DNA from: Octopus sinensis | Lineage: Eukaryota | Direction of reading: 5' to 3' | DNA length: 64,000 nt | NCBI RefSeq assembly: GCF_006345805.1 | Contig: NC_042998.1 | Location: 180,482,001 to 180,546,000 of the forward strand | Part shown: positions 40,286 through 52,946 of the stretch, piece after piece | How positions within the stretch are numbered: position 1 is the stretch's first letter | Layout of the letters: every line of letters starts with the position of its first letter | Notes under the pieces: model-generated | What the model was told of the DNA's origin: nothing | Database searches by the model: none | What the model saw: only the letters and a program-made list of their open reading frames with translations | Program-made: the position numbers and the translations under genes

Positions 40286-40592
40286 TAGGTGTAGGCGTGG
40301 CTGTGGGTAAGTGATTTGCTTTTCAACCACATAATTCCGGGTTGAGTCCCATTTTTACTGTAGCCTCAGTCCGACGAAAGCCTCCTAACTGAAACAAGTT
40401 TGTTGTAGATACGCATTTTTTTCTCTCCTTGTTTCTCTCCGTGTTTCTTTTCTGTGTATCTTTCTGTTGAAGAGCGTAGGCTCGAAACGTAAAAGACTTG
40501 TTTTATTTATATTCCTGAGCGCCATACTAATACAATTGTTTGTTTGTATTCCACCTGCCTTCGTCTTTTGTTTATTTTCATAAAGCTTCCCG

Positions 40593-40626
<34 letters not shown>

Positions 40627-40890
40627 AGAGGGAGAGAGAGATGAGTGTTCGTGTATGTGTGTATCTGTCTGTCTGTTTTTGTGTCTGTGTTTATTCGCCA
40701 CCACCACTTGTCAGCCGGTGTTGGCGTATTTACATCCCGGTCAAAAAACTGTTCGGCAAAAATGAAGGAGAGAATATGTAACTGGCTTAAGAAAACAAAA
40801 AGAAAAGGTATGAAGGTACATTTGTTCGAATAAATAGTCTTCAGAGCGATGCCCCAGAATGGCTACAGTCTAACGATTGAAACAAAGGTA
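40286..40890 (+). mobile_element. Diverged SINE family B interrupted by a PLE pseudo-LTR segment (40395-40590)
   Basis: SINE head 40286-40390, foreign segment ending in (TA)n, SINE tail 40640-40890. Confidence 0.75.
40459..40496 (+). ncRNA. Minimal type I hammerhead-like motif with variant core (CUGUUGA)
   Basis: tcttt-CTGTTGA-a-gagc(gtag)gctc-GAAACGT-A-aaaga: stem I 5 bp, stem II 4 bp, palindromic ACGT stem III, GUA triplet; core position 6 is U rather than A. Confidence 0.6.
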
Positions 40891-40957
40891 GAAGAGATCT
40901 TTCCTGTTCCATCACATACGTATTTGTAAATTGCCTGTGTAATACATTTATCGTATC

Positions 40958-41554
40958 TTTTTTTATTTCTTTGTTGCCCAGAAGGGGCCAAACACAGAGG
41001 GGACAGACAAACGGATTTAGTCGATTACATCGACCCCAGTGTGAAACTGGTACTTATTTAATCGACCCCGAAAGGATGAAAGGCAAAGTCGACCTCGGCA
41101 GAATTTGAACTGAGAACGTAACGGCAGACGAAATGCCTATTTCTTTACTACCCACAAGAGGCTAAACACAGAGTGGACAAACAAGGACAGACAAACTGAT
41201 TAAGTCGATTACATCGACCCCAGTGCGTAACTGGTACTTATTTAATCGACCCCGTAAGGATGAAAGGCAAAGTCGACCTCGGCAAAATTTGAACTCAGAA
41301 CATAGCGGCAGACGAAATACCTATTTCTTTCCTACCCACAAGGGGCTAAACACAGAGAGGACAAACAAGGACAGTCAAACGGATTAAGTCGATTACATCG
41401 ACCCAAGTGCGTAACTGGTACTTATTTAATCGACCCCGTAAGGATGAAAGGCAAAGTCGACCTCGGCGGAATTTGAACTCAGAACGTAGCGGCAGACGAA
41501 ATACCGCTAAGCATTTCGCCCTCGTGCTTAACAATCCAGCCAGCTCGCCGCCTT
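40958..41554 (-). mobile_element. Trimeric SINE family A
   Basis: Three units with junctions near 41138 and 41322 (period about 174-184 bp); only the rightmost unit has a complete tRNA-like head. Confidence 0.92.
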
Positions 41555-41574
41555 ATTGACGAACACAAATCGTT

Positions 41575-41630
41575 TCTACTGCTGCTGCTACTACTACTAC
41601 TACTATTACTACTACTACTACTACTACTAC

Positions 41631-41676
<46 letters not shown>

Positions 41677-41700
41677 ATTACTATTACTACTACTACTACA
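41575..41700. repeat. (CTA)n/(AAT)n microsatellite
   Basis: Direct reading. Confidence 0.95.
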
Positions 41701-41987
41701 ACTTCATGTTTATTACTGTGGTGATATTCTTGGAAAGCTATAAAATTTGAACATCACAGTATTCGTTTTCCCGTTGATGGAGTTTACTATTCACTATTAT
41801 TTTTTATACATGGAATTTTTAATATATTACTAAAAACGTTATAATTTAAACTGTTACGCATATGAGTATATAATTTTGTGGTTATGTGAATGTGTATGAG
41901 CGTGTATGCTAAAGCAACGTAGATGTATGTATGAATTGCATACATGCGTTTCTATATCCACATACAATATACAGTAAATACATAAAG

Positions 41988-42020
<33 letters not shown>

Positions 42021-42245
42021 TATGAAGTGAGAGACAGAGAGAAAGAGAGAGGGAGACAGAGAGGGAGAGAGAGACGGAGATTGATGTAAAGTAGAAAGCA
42101 GATAAAAACAAGATTGTAAGGACAACACGGGAAGAAGAAAGTACGATGAGAAGCGATAACATTTTCAGGGTTTGTGCGTGTACGTGCATATGTGTGTTTG
42201 TTTGTGTGAATGTGCACGCGTGTGTGTATGTATGAGTGTGTGCCT

Positions 42246-42311
<66 letters not shown>

Positions 42312-42344
42312 ATGTATGTATATGTATATATTATTATATATATG

Positions 42345-42378
<34 letters not shown>

Positions 42379-42448
42379 CACCACATATATATATACATAG
42401 ACATACATATATACACCATATATGTATGTATGTATATGTATATATATA

Positions 42449-42520
<72 letters not shown>

Positions 42521-43420
42521 GTATATATATGTATATATATGTATGTATGTATTCTCTGTGAACAGAAACGATATTTGATGACGCACTTTTCCATCTTGGT
42601 AGCCCTATAGCTTGTAGTTTGTCTAGTATATAGAGGGGGGACAAAATGGCCTGCGTGTTTTGCGTTTTGAACAAATTTAATTCGGAATATGTTGAAAAAT
42701 AATTTCATTTCTACTTAAACTCACAATGCTGTAGTAGCGGCAATATTAAATTAAATTTATTCTGTATTAAATTGTCTTTCTTTATTAACAGAATGCTGAA
42801 TGCTGTGAACAGATTTAAATCAAAGCCGACAATCGACGCACCCCTGCCCAGCCTCGTCTTCATTTAAACATATCTCATACCATTTCGAAATTCAATGAGA
42901 AACGCAACAAGCACGTGTGTTACATTTGACGGTTAAATACTTCCCATCATGCCTATGTAGGCACCAATGCATTTGAATGCGGTGTTGCTCGACAGATGAG
43001 AAAAAGATACTAAGAATATTAAGATAAATTCATTTCGCTTTTTGTTGTTTGTTATTAAATTTTGATTTTCATTCCCGTGCTTATTTTCTGCACAGATATA
43101 AAAGGAAGCTATTACTAGTTTCAATACATATATACATATATATATACATACTTAAATGCACAAATGCAAGGAGATTAAAGCATACATACAAACCTACATA
43201 AGTACACAAATATAGGTACACATATATTAACATACGTTGTGTTATAAATGAACGCATAATTTTATGAATACAAAACCACCCACACACACACACACAGACA
43301 CACACACATACACGCACGCACACACACACACCACACACAAACACACACGCACATATAGTTCGCAGATGAGATCCAGAGACACTCCGTGATCAAAAGATTT
43401 AAACTCTCTCTCTCCCTGCT

Positions 43421-43463
<43 letters not shown>

Positions 43464-43491
43464 ATGTGTGTGTGTGTGTGTTTGCGCGCGC

Positions 43492-43562
<71 letters not shown>

Positions 43563-43602
43563 TATAATATGTATATATATATGTATATACATATATATAT
43601 AT

Positions 43603-43652
<50 letters not shown>

Positions 43653-43935
43653 CAATTAAGGGTTTAGCAACGAATTGCCTTACACACACCGAATTTAGAA
43701 ATAGCAGTCAAAGAGATTATAGCTATTTCTTCTACTAAAAGGGAGATCACAGTAAAGGCACACCATTTGAAAGGCAAACACAAACAGGTAAAAGAGAATG
43801 AATTAACGGCAATCTATCATACAGTTTTAAGTCACCTAATTTTCCTCGAATGAGGCTTTTACATGCCGAAGACTACTTGGTGTAATTGATAATTGTTCCA
43901 AATTAATTAATTTCACCCTTCATTGTTACTCATAT

Positions 43936-43966
<31 letters not shown>

Positions 43967-44150
43967 GAACACTTTTTTAACTAAAAAAATGGTGATAGTG
44001 ACTTCAAAGTCATAATCAACTGAATATGTACTCCAAAAGTACTCGAGAATAAGAACTATGTAATCCTTCAATTTAATGTAATTTTTTTTCTTTTTTTTTT
44101 AACTATAAATCGACATAAATCACATGTTGAAATATGCAACGAGGTAAGAC

Positions 44151-44342
44151 AGTGAGGTGGCAGAATTGTTAGCACACTGGATGAAATGCTTAAGGTTCAA
44201 ATCCAGGTGACGACGTATATGTCATTCACTTTGCTTTTTTTTTTTCGGGGTGCATAAAATAAGTACCAGTTCAACACTGAGATCGATGGAATCGACTTAC
44301 GTTATCCCATGAAATATCTGTCGTTGTGCTAAATTTTAAAAG
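44151..44342 (+). mobile_element. SINE family A, diverged
   Basis: gtgaggtggcagaattgttagcac...ggttcaaatcc...aaaataagtaccagtt. Confidence 0.8.
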
Positions 44343-44370
44343 TAATATATACACCATATACATATATACA

Positions 44371-44650
44371 TAGGCGCAAGCGTGACTGTGTAGTCAGAGG
44401 CTTCCTCCCCATTTACATGTTTCTAGGTCCAGTCCCTCTGCATGGCACAGTGGGCATTAGCCATGATAGATCGCTAGCCACTAAACCTTTTTCCATTTTC
44501 CTTCCATGTTTATTTCTGTGTTTCTTTCTCTCGAAGAGCGTAGGATCGAAACGTAAAGACTTTCTCATTTCCCGAGCGTTAAACTAATACATCTGTTTGT
44601 TGTTTACACACCCGTCTTCGTTTTTTTGTCTTTTTCTAAATTCTTACTAC
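44371..44650 (+). mobile_element. SINE family B head joined to a PLE pseudo-LTR segment (44459-44650)
   Basis: taggcgcaagcgtgactgtgtag head, then gccatgatagatcgctagccac...gaagagcgtaggatcgaaacg...(TA)n. Confidence 0.75.
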
Positions 44651-47323
44651 ATATATATATATATATATATATATACACATGCATATGTCTATGTCTGTGT
44701 GTCTCTTTGTCTGTGTTTGTATAAAAGGACTCCGTCGACCCGGAAACGGTCTTCGGAACGTGTTTGCATTTCATGATTTTCCCGCTAGTCTACTAGAACC
44801 CACAATATAACAGGGTCCCTTACGATCGATAGCCAAAAGAAAGACAATCCTCTCTTGTTGACATTGAGTAGCGAGGTCGTTTTCTCCTCAATTTCCTAGA
44901 GAGGCCGCTCATCAGAGAGGCCACAAGCCAACAGGTTTCAGGATCTGATGACATGCCGTAAAGCTAAGCGCTATATGGACGTGAAAGCCAGAGTAATCTC
45001 ATAAACCAGCCTTATATAACTTTATATATATATATATATACATGTGTGTGTGTGTGTGTCATTCATAATGTATATAAAGCGTAAAGCGTCACTAGTTTCC
45101 ATTTTCTGTTTCAGAGAAACTTAATTTAAGAAACCCAAATGTTCGCTCATGATAACCAGTCCGGTTATAGTCCGATACCGGTGTTCGGTTTCATTTGGCC
45201 ACCTGTCATTAACATGTCCGGATATTCTAGGCTAAGCTGAAGTTTTTGTCCCCATCTAGAAACCTGCAAAGAAATATTCACTGATTTAGGCGACAGCTGA
45301 CATGCCACAGATTCTGTTATATGCGTGTGCCTCTTCGCACAAACAGACTTTAGATAGAGAGACACATAGAGAGTGAGATAGAGAGGAATGTTTGTGTGTG
45401 TGTTTGCGCGCGCGCGCGTGTGTGTGTGTGTGTGTGTGCGTGCGTGCTTTCTTTTGTGTATTCATTATTCAATTTTTTTCTGTTAACTGGAAAGAGAAAA
45501 AAAAACCTATAACTTATTGTTAGGAGTCCCAAAAGAATATATTTTTATAAACTTGAAAATTAATCTCAATTAATTTACTTCATGGAAAATATACCTGTCT
45601 CCCCATCTGTATATATACGTATGAATATAAATATGTATGTATATATGCATGCATGCATTCATGCATGTATGTATCATATATGTATGTATAAATTTAAACA
45701 TACAGATACGTTCATGTGTGTATGTTTGTATGTGTATGTTTGCATGTAAGTGTATGTATGTATACACGCGTGTGTGTATGTATATATATTCATGAAGGTT
45801 CGACTTAGACGTAATTTAAAGTTGTGTGGGAATTTATTTCGTGGGAATTAACTTCGTCTGTTCTGAAGTTTGCCTCACCCTGCCATTAGACCACGTGGTA
45901 AAGCTTTCTTTTTATTATCAAAGAAAACGTTCATGCGTCTTCTGAAGTCTATATACATTAACCACTAAGCTACAACAGGCTGACTCTTCTGCTGCTGTGA
46001 AATTAATTGTGTTTGAAACCCTATAATAGCCATGTGGCGTTGTATTTCTCTTGCACCCAAAATATATCTCATACGCAGACATCTACTTGAATTGCTAATC
46101 TTACACTCCCTGAAGTGATTTTAGATTGATTTTAGATTATGAATCAATTCTTTAGCACACAATACTAAAGCAGATTAACTAAAACTATTTCTAATGTCAT
46201 CTGTTTCTGTCAATCTACTTTCAATAGCAAATTTTCTATAATTGTTTTAATTTTACGCCTCATGTTATTCTCAATACAAATGTTTTAATTAAACATGTTA
46301 GCAAAATATAAAATAAATTTTCTCAATCCAAATATAAACATGATTTAACAAATTTATTCCAAATAAAGCTCAACCACTACAACTACGAATATCAATTCAT
46401 GTCCCTGAAAGCGTTTAAACAGATTTTATCATTTGAAATAAAACAATGTAAAAGAGTATTTTGTAAGAAAAAAAAGAAAAGAAAGAAATATAATCAAATA
46501 CTTGTGAAATACGTTTGAAATACTCTATATACTTTTTTGATGTTTTAAGCAATACAATTTAACAAGTGATACCCGCAGCTCGGCTGTGTAAATCGCATCC
46601 TCTGTTAATAATATCCAGAAACATTTTGGACCCATGCTACGGCGTTTGAATGACTCTTACAGATGTTACTAAATATTTACAAAAGAAAAAGAGAACATGA
46701 GTTACAAGTATTTCGCAGTAGGTGGTTCTTCAGCCAACATCTAACAATGTCAAGAAACAATTAAGATATATTCTTTTGGTTGCACATCCTTGAAAGTGTT
46801 CCAGGGAAAAAAATATCTACTTAAAATAATATTTGATTCTGTGTTGTACTTCTTGGCAAGTCACTTAACTTATATTTCTTAAAACTTGCGCCCAATTAAA
46901 TAATCTTTATAGTAAGTAACTAAACAAAACTTAGTAACAACGTTTAATATATAAAGAAGTTAAGAAGATTCGGGGGCTACGATAAAGCTGAACACTATTG
47001 TGGAGGTTATTGAATGTGTGTAGAAATCTCTGTGCTTTCATGTTCTCCTGCTATTGTAATGTTCTATTATTGCATTGTACGTGCATTATGATATTTTTAT
47101 TAGGTAACCACCAAGTCAGACATCAATCGTAAGTGAAGACCTGCTAAACATCTCAAGGATACGATGCTTCTCACGGTTCAGAAACTAAACCTATTACCTG
47201 GTGAGCCTGAGTCAAAAAAGTTAAGCTCTAATACTCTATGTGCCTTCACGTGAATTATCTTTTGTTACATGTAAAATTCCTGTGATTCTTGGTCTTCCAA
47301 TATTATTCCGTTCACATAAATTG

Positions 47324-47552
47324 CGGCGAGCTGGCTGAATCGTTAGCACACCATGCAAAGATGCTTAGCGACATTCCGTCCGTATTTACTTTCTGAGTTC
47401 GAATTCCGCCAAAGGCGACTTTGACTTTCATCATATCTGGTTCGATCAAATAAGTACCTGCAGGGAGCTGGTGTCGATGTAATCGACTCCCCACCACCAC
47501 CACCACCACCACCACCACAAAAATTACTGGCCTGTTACGGAAATTTGAAATT
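47324..47552 (+). mobile_element. SINE family A with 19-bp TSD
   Basis: TSD aatattattccgttcacat at 47299-47317 and 47553-47571. Confidence 0.92.
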
Positions 47553-48439
47553 AATATTATTCCGTTCACATCTAGGATACATTACAAGAATTAAACCAAT
47601 GTTTTATTGCCCAACGTGAACTGAACTCAGTAGGTAAAGTTATATAATATATACTGCAAGGAATTTTCTCCGATGCTCTAACGATTCTGCTAATCCTATA
47701 TCTTTACTGTATACATATTTTAGCGCATTATTGCAGTAGTAGCCATTTTGTGTAATTACAAACTACTAATTTGTTATCGTAGTATCATAAATTGTTATAT
47801 GTTTTATGTTAATTTTTTTAATTTGTTCTTATTTTGCTAATGTACTTGCGATTTGAATGGAGACAGAAAATGTCTTTATGTTACTTAAATGAATTGGAAA
47901 TAATAAAATAAGATCTAGGAAAACAAGACATTTCTAAATTGGATGTTTACATATTCTATTAGACATTGAATTGGACAATCTAATAAAAAATATGTTGCTG
48001 CAATAGCACACAAATACTAAATTAAACCAATTGTAGCATAAATACTAAATTAAACCAATTCTGATCATCACGTAATGATGCTCAGAAGGCAGAGATTTCG
48101 TATATACTATTTACTAATTGCTTCATTGCAAGGGTTTTATTAAAAACTTTTACTCTCAAAAATGTTTCCCCTTTTTTATTTGTCCTTATTTACGTGCAAG
48201 TTCAGATGATATTTCTACTTCTACTGAGTGCCCGTAGATTTGCTCGTTGAAAGCACGGGACACGTTTTGTCTACTTGAACATAACGGACCCTGTAATTTA
48301 TCAATTGTCATTACAACTGCTGTAAAAATAGGAACTTGTCTGTTTTAAAATAAGGCCTATATCACATTATGTTTAGTTTAGTCTTGAAATGGATACCTTT
48401 CGTCATTATATGTTTTTATAAGTTTTCTGATTAATATTG

Positions 48440-48653
48440 GCTTCAAATTTTGAACCAAGGCGAGCAGTTTTGGTGATAGGGGTAAGTTGATTACATCGAC
48501 CCCAGTACTGAACTGGTTCTTATTTTATGGAGCCTTAAAGGATGAAAAGCAAACTGATACTCAGCGGAATTTGCATCCTGAACGTAAGAATGGACGAAAT
48601 GCCTTTAAACATTTTTCCCGGCCTGCTTACGGACCTACCAGCTCACCGCCTTA
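48440..48653 (-). mobile_element. SINE family A, diverged, with imperfect TSD
   Basis: agttttctga(tt/ag)aatattg at 48421-48439 and 48654-48672. Confidence 0.85.
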
Positions 48654-49059
48654 AGTTTTCTGAAGAATATTGACAATATATCACCCATGGCTAATGTTTC
48701 TAGACTTCCAGTATGGAAAATATGGTATAGAGTCATTTACTTGTCAATTCATGTCATGATTAGCTTATTCTTCGTTCCCATTCTAAACTTTGGGGTTATA
48801 TATTTTCATCAGTAGTTGATGTTTTTGAACTCCTACTTCAACATCATTATCCGTGTTCGTAGAGCCCCATCACTTATCACCCCGCTGTGTTGCTAATGTA
48901 TGTGCAGCATAAGATTTTTAGAATATAAATTTGCCTCGGTGTATTGCATCAGATCATTGTTCTGGGACTTTCCTTTCTTTATGCCATTTTAGTGTTCACC
49001 TGCTGTGTATAGATTATGTGTGGCTCTGTTCCAGAGAACCAGGTGGTAACGACCATTAT

Positions 49060-49240
49060 CTCTTCTTCTTCTTCTTCTTCTTCTTCTTCTTCTTCTTCTT
49101 CTTCTTCTTCTTCTTCTTCTTCTTCTTCTTCTTCTTCTTCTTCTTCATCTTCTTCTTCATCTTCTTCTTCATCTTCTTCATCATTATCTTCTTTTTCTCC
49201 TTCCTCTTCCACCACCTCCTCCTCCTCCTCCTCCGCCTTC
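49060..49240. repeat. (CTT)n/(CCT)n microsatellite
   Basis: Direct reading. Confidence 0.97.
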
Positions 49241-49279
49241 TCTTAGTATTATTCGTATAATTCGTATTATTATTATTAT

Positions 49280-49499
49280 CCATATACACAAAACAGATTA
49301 GACTGTTGGAAAAGAATCCTAATATCGGGCTACAAGTTGCCTTAGATGCCAAGAACCCTAATAAGTATTCTAGCTGTCCTTAATAACACTGTTTTCTGCA
49401 GCTGTACTAAACTGGGTTTTATCCCTATTTCTTTATCCATCTGTTCAAATTTGGGGGATAGTTCTCAATGCACCTATAAATACTGGGATATATTTCATG

Positions 49500-49500
<1 letters not shown>
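49280..49500 (-). mobile_element. Severely 5'-truncated R4/Dong 3' end between (ATT)n tracts
   Basis: IPVFIGALRTI...SLVQLQKTVLLRTARILIRVLGI stop, followed by a 3' UTR and (AAT)n. Confidence 0.75.
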
Positions 49501-49815
<315 letters not shown>

Positions 49816-50104
49816 TTTGCTGCCACACGTTTAATGAAGAAACAGGCTTACACATGATTTTTAATTGAACTGAATTATTTTTTTAAGCATCACCATTATA
49901 GCTATTTATACTCCGTTGAATTAAGAAATCAATTCGTAAATAAGCGAAACACTCGAATCAATCAGTGCACAAACACACAACACACACACACACACACACA
50001 CAATACAACTCAGTCGCATATCTATGTACGCATTTATGTATGTATGTACCTATGTACATACACGTGTCTACGCGCATAGGTACACCATGATCTATACACA
50101 CGCA

Positions 50105-51148
50105 CACGAGAGCTTAAAGATTGAAATTGTAGTGGCGAAAAAGTTAGGTGCAATGGAGTACTGCCTACTGGAAAAGATTTACCTGTATTTTGATGAGTCG
50201 CATCGGGTATCATAATGTGGACATCGTGACTGCTGCTGAGTGATCTGTGAACACTGTAAAGGCTGTAAGACGTGACATAGGCAGCTGCAACAGTGAATAC
50301 AAAACCGAGGTCAGCAGGAAGGGACATAGCAGGTGTTATAACTGGGTCGGCATACCAGAGTCAGTCTTTGAACAGGAATTTAGGCTCAATTAAGACGGTT
50401 ATGGGAAGCTGCGAGCTGGCAGAAACGTTAGCACGCCGGGCGAAATGCTTAGCAGTATTTCGTCTGCCGTTACGTTCTGAGTTCAAATCCCGCTGGGGTC
50501 GACTTTGCCTTTCATCCTTTCCGGGTCGATAAATTAAGTACCAGTGACGCGCTGGAGTCGATATAATCGACTTAATCCGTTTGTCTGGCCTTGTTTATCT
50601 TCTCTGTGTTTAGCCCCTTTGTAAGTAGTAAAGAAATAGGTTATGGGAAGCTGCTGGAGGCTACGTGAATCCATGGCAGGAGAGGTTCCGTGCTAGATCA
50701 TGTGTATGGCAGCAGGATTTGTCTCTTTACGATATCTTCAGAAAAGTCAGAAATAGTTGTCGGAGAATTTCTACGACTTCACCAGCCCCAATTTCTGGTT
50801 TTTCAATCCCTTCGATTCTAATCCCATCGTGTATTATCTGTTGCACGCGGTTAAGAAAAGAATTAAGCGCTCTGTCTTCCATACCAATGCCGAGCTGGTA
50901 GCGAAGATCAAAGAGAAACTCGAAGATATTCCCTTCAACACAGTAAGTAACGCACGCGCCAAGTTTTCGAGCCTTCTTGAGGCCATGGTGGAACCTGAGG
51001 CTAGCTACTTTGAGTAAACTGTTATCTCCAAGCCATCATCATATTGGTATTTTTTTGGCTTTTTTTAAATATTTTAATTTTTGAATGGGATATTATGTTT
51101 AATTTCCTTTCATTCAAACTGTCAAACTTAGCTCGAACACCCTTTATA
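50105..51148 (+). mobile_element. Internally deleted Tc1/mariner-superfamily transposon relic (DD37D/maT-like motifs)
   Basis: SVNTVKAVRRDI..RKGHSR, VFEQEFRLN.DGYGKLLE, VWQQD, ENFYDFTSPNFW..NP..Y, ELVAKIKE...LEAMVE; ends ctcgaacacccttta. Subfamily is inferred from motifs. Confidence 0.8.
50411..50638 (+). mobile_element. SINE family A inserted in the transposase, 16-bp TSD
   Basis: ggttatgggaagctgc at 50397-50412 and 50639-50654; removing the insert restores DGYGKLLE. Confidence 0.93.
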
Positions 51149-52897
51149 TGCAGTTTCCATTGATGCTTTAATCAGTTTGAAGAAGCATGTAGAGGATGAT
51201 TGTGGATCAATCATTGCCATGAATCGTGTTTAGTGCATGTTTAAACTACCACTAACTTCTTTGTATATTCAATTGTCAGCATACTGCCCAGTGAGAACAG
51301 CTGCTGTCTCAATCGCGCCTAATTTTGCCGGTAAATTTGAAACGTTTATGTTAATTTCGCATTAGAATTCTTCAAGTTGTATAAAAATAGTTATTGTCTG
51401 CATAATTCGAAAGAGAAATAAATTCTGCATAAGGTGTAAAAGACAAAAAATAATTTGTGTGGTGTTAGTAACAAAATATTTCGTAAGAAATAGAACTTGT
51501 ATCATCGGTCTTAAATTTATTTTCGCCAGTGTAATTTGAGTTGGCGACAACTCATCAGCAAGAGAGGATGTCATTAGTATCTGCATATTCTGCACTTGAT
51601 GGTAACATCTTTATGAAATTGCTGCTTTATGCATCTAATTTGGTGTATCTGTGGGCGTACTGTGTTTATGATTAAGAATAGACCATACGCATCTGAAAAT
51701 AAATCCTGTTTCAGCATTTACTCCAGTATGATTGACCACAACTCTGCCCACATACTCTCTGTAAAATATCATTGGTCATAATATGTCTTCATCGACAATA
51801 TTTTTTAATATATATTTTGAAATTTTGTTTTGGTGTTGGCTTGGCTATATCTTTGTCTCTGCTCATATTCTCATTTCCTCCTTCTTAAATTTTTTCCTCC
51901 AGTGTGAGTAGTTCGTTGTACATGTTTTCTTCTTTCATGATCTTTTTGTGAACAACTTCTGATTCTGGCGTTGAAATGGCAGAGAATGACACATCTCTCA
52001 TAAGGGATAGCTGCTCAGATATGCTTTTAATTAAAGGGACTAATTTAATGGCTCAAAACTGCCAGGTGATGATATTAAACAGAGTGATGTCTGAAACTGT
52101 TACACAAAACAGACACAGTCCATCCGGCATTTTTGCCATAGATTTTCGCCCACCGAATTTCAGTCGCAAGGGCTGAGTAGAATCGAAACTCCTGCGCTGC
52201 AGGATTGAACATAGAACCTTGTTAATTTCATTTGACTAGTCACAAGACTGAATTGGTTGTAGGTAGTATATAGTTGACTAAATCATCGCTGTCTGTTACT
52301 GCTGTTCTGTGCGCCACATGGAGTTTTATACAAGCTCGATAGTATTTACAAAAAGAAACAAATGGTGTAAAGCATTTATCATAATGATCTGCTCTTCATC
52401 TTGAGTTGGAAAATAATATTAACCTCATGACAATGAATCTAACTAAAATAACATAATTTTCCCTTTCAGATACGGAATTTAGAAAGTACACGATCTAGTA
52501 CTATATAGAAAAGAGAGGAAGAAGATATACAATATACAACATTTATATCGTATATCTTAGTTCGGTTTCTGATATCATATCTTCTTGTGTGAAACATATT
52601 TTCAAATATCGAAAAACAAGAGAGAGTCTATCAGCGTATCACCACCTACCGCTTAGATAAATATGGCCATCCTAGCATTGAACATGATTGATTTGCAGTA
52701 TATACATATATATGTGTGCGCGCAATGTATGTATATGTATGTATATATGTGTATATATATATAAATATATATACGCATATATATATTTATATATATATAC
52801 ATACACAGACATGTACACACACATATACACACGCATACAAATATACATTCATATATATGAACATATGCATGTATACACACTCACACAAACACACACG

Positions 52898-52946
<49 letters not shown>

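Noticed and set aside
40958-41554. Regularly spaced repeats resembling a CRISPR or satellite array
   Set aside because: The units are about 180-bp SINE bodies with no unique spacers, in eukaryotic DNA.
44850-44920. Hammerhead on the minus strand (cctct-CTGATGA...GAAA...gtc...agagg)
   Set aside because: Stem II does not close at the core, stem III does not pair at A15.1-U16.1, and stem I is offset by 6 nt.
51530-51565. CTGATGA plus gttg/caac hairpin on the minus strand
   Set aside because: It is followed by tcaaat rather than GAAAC, with no stem I or III.
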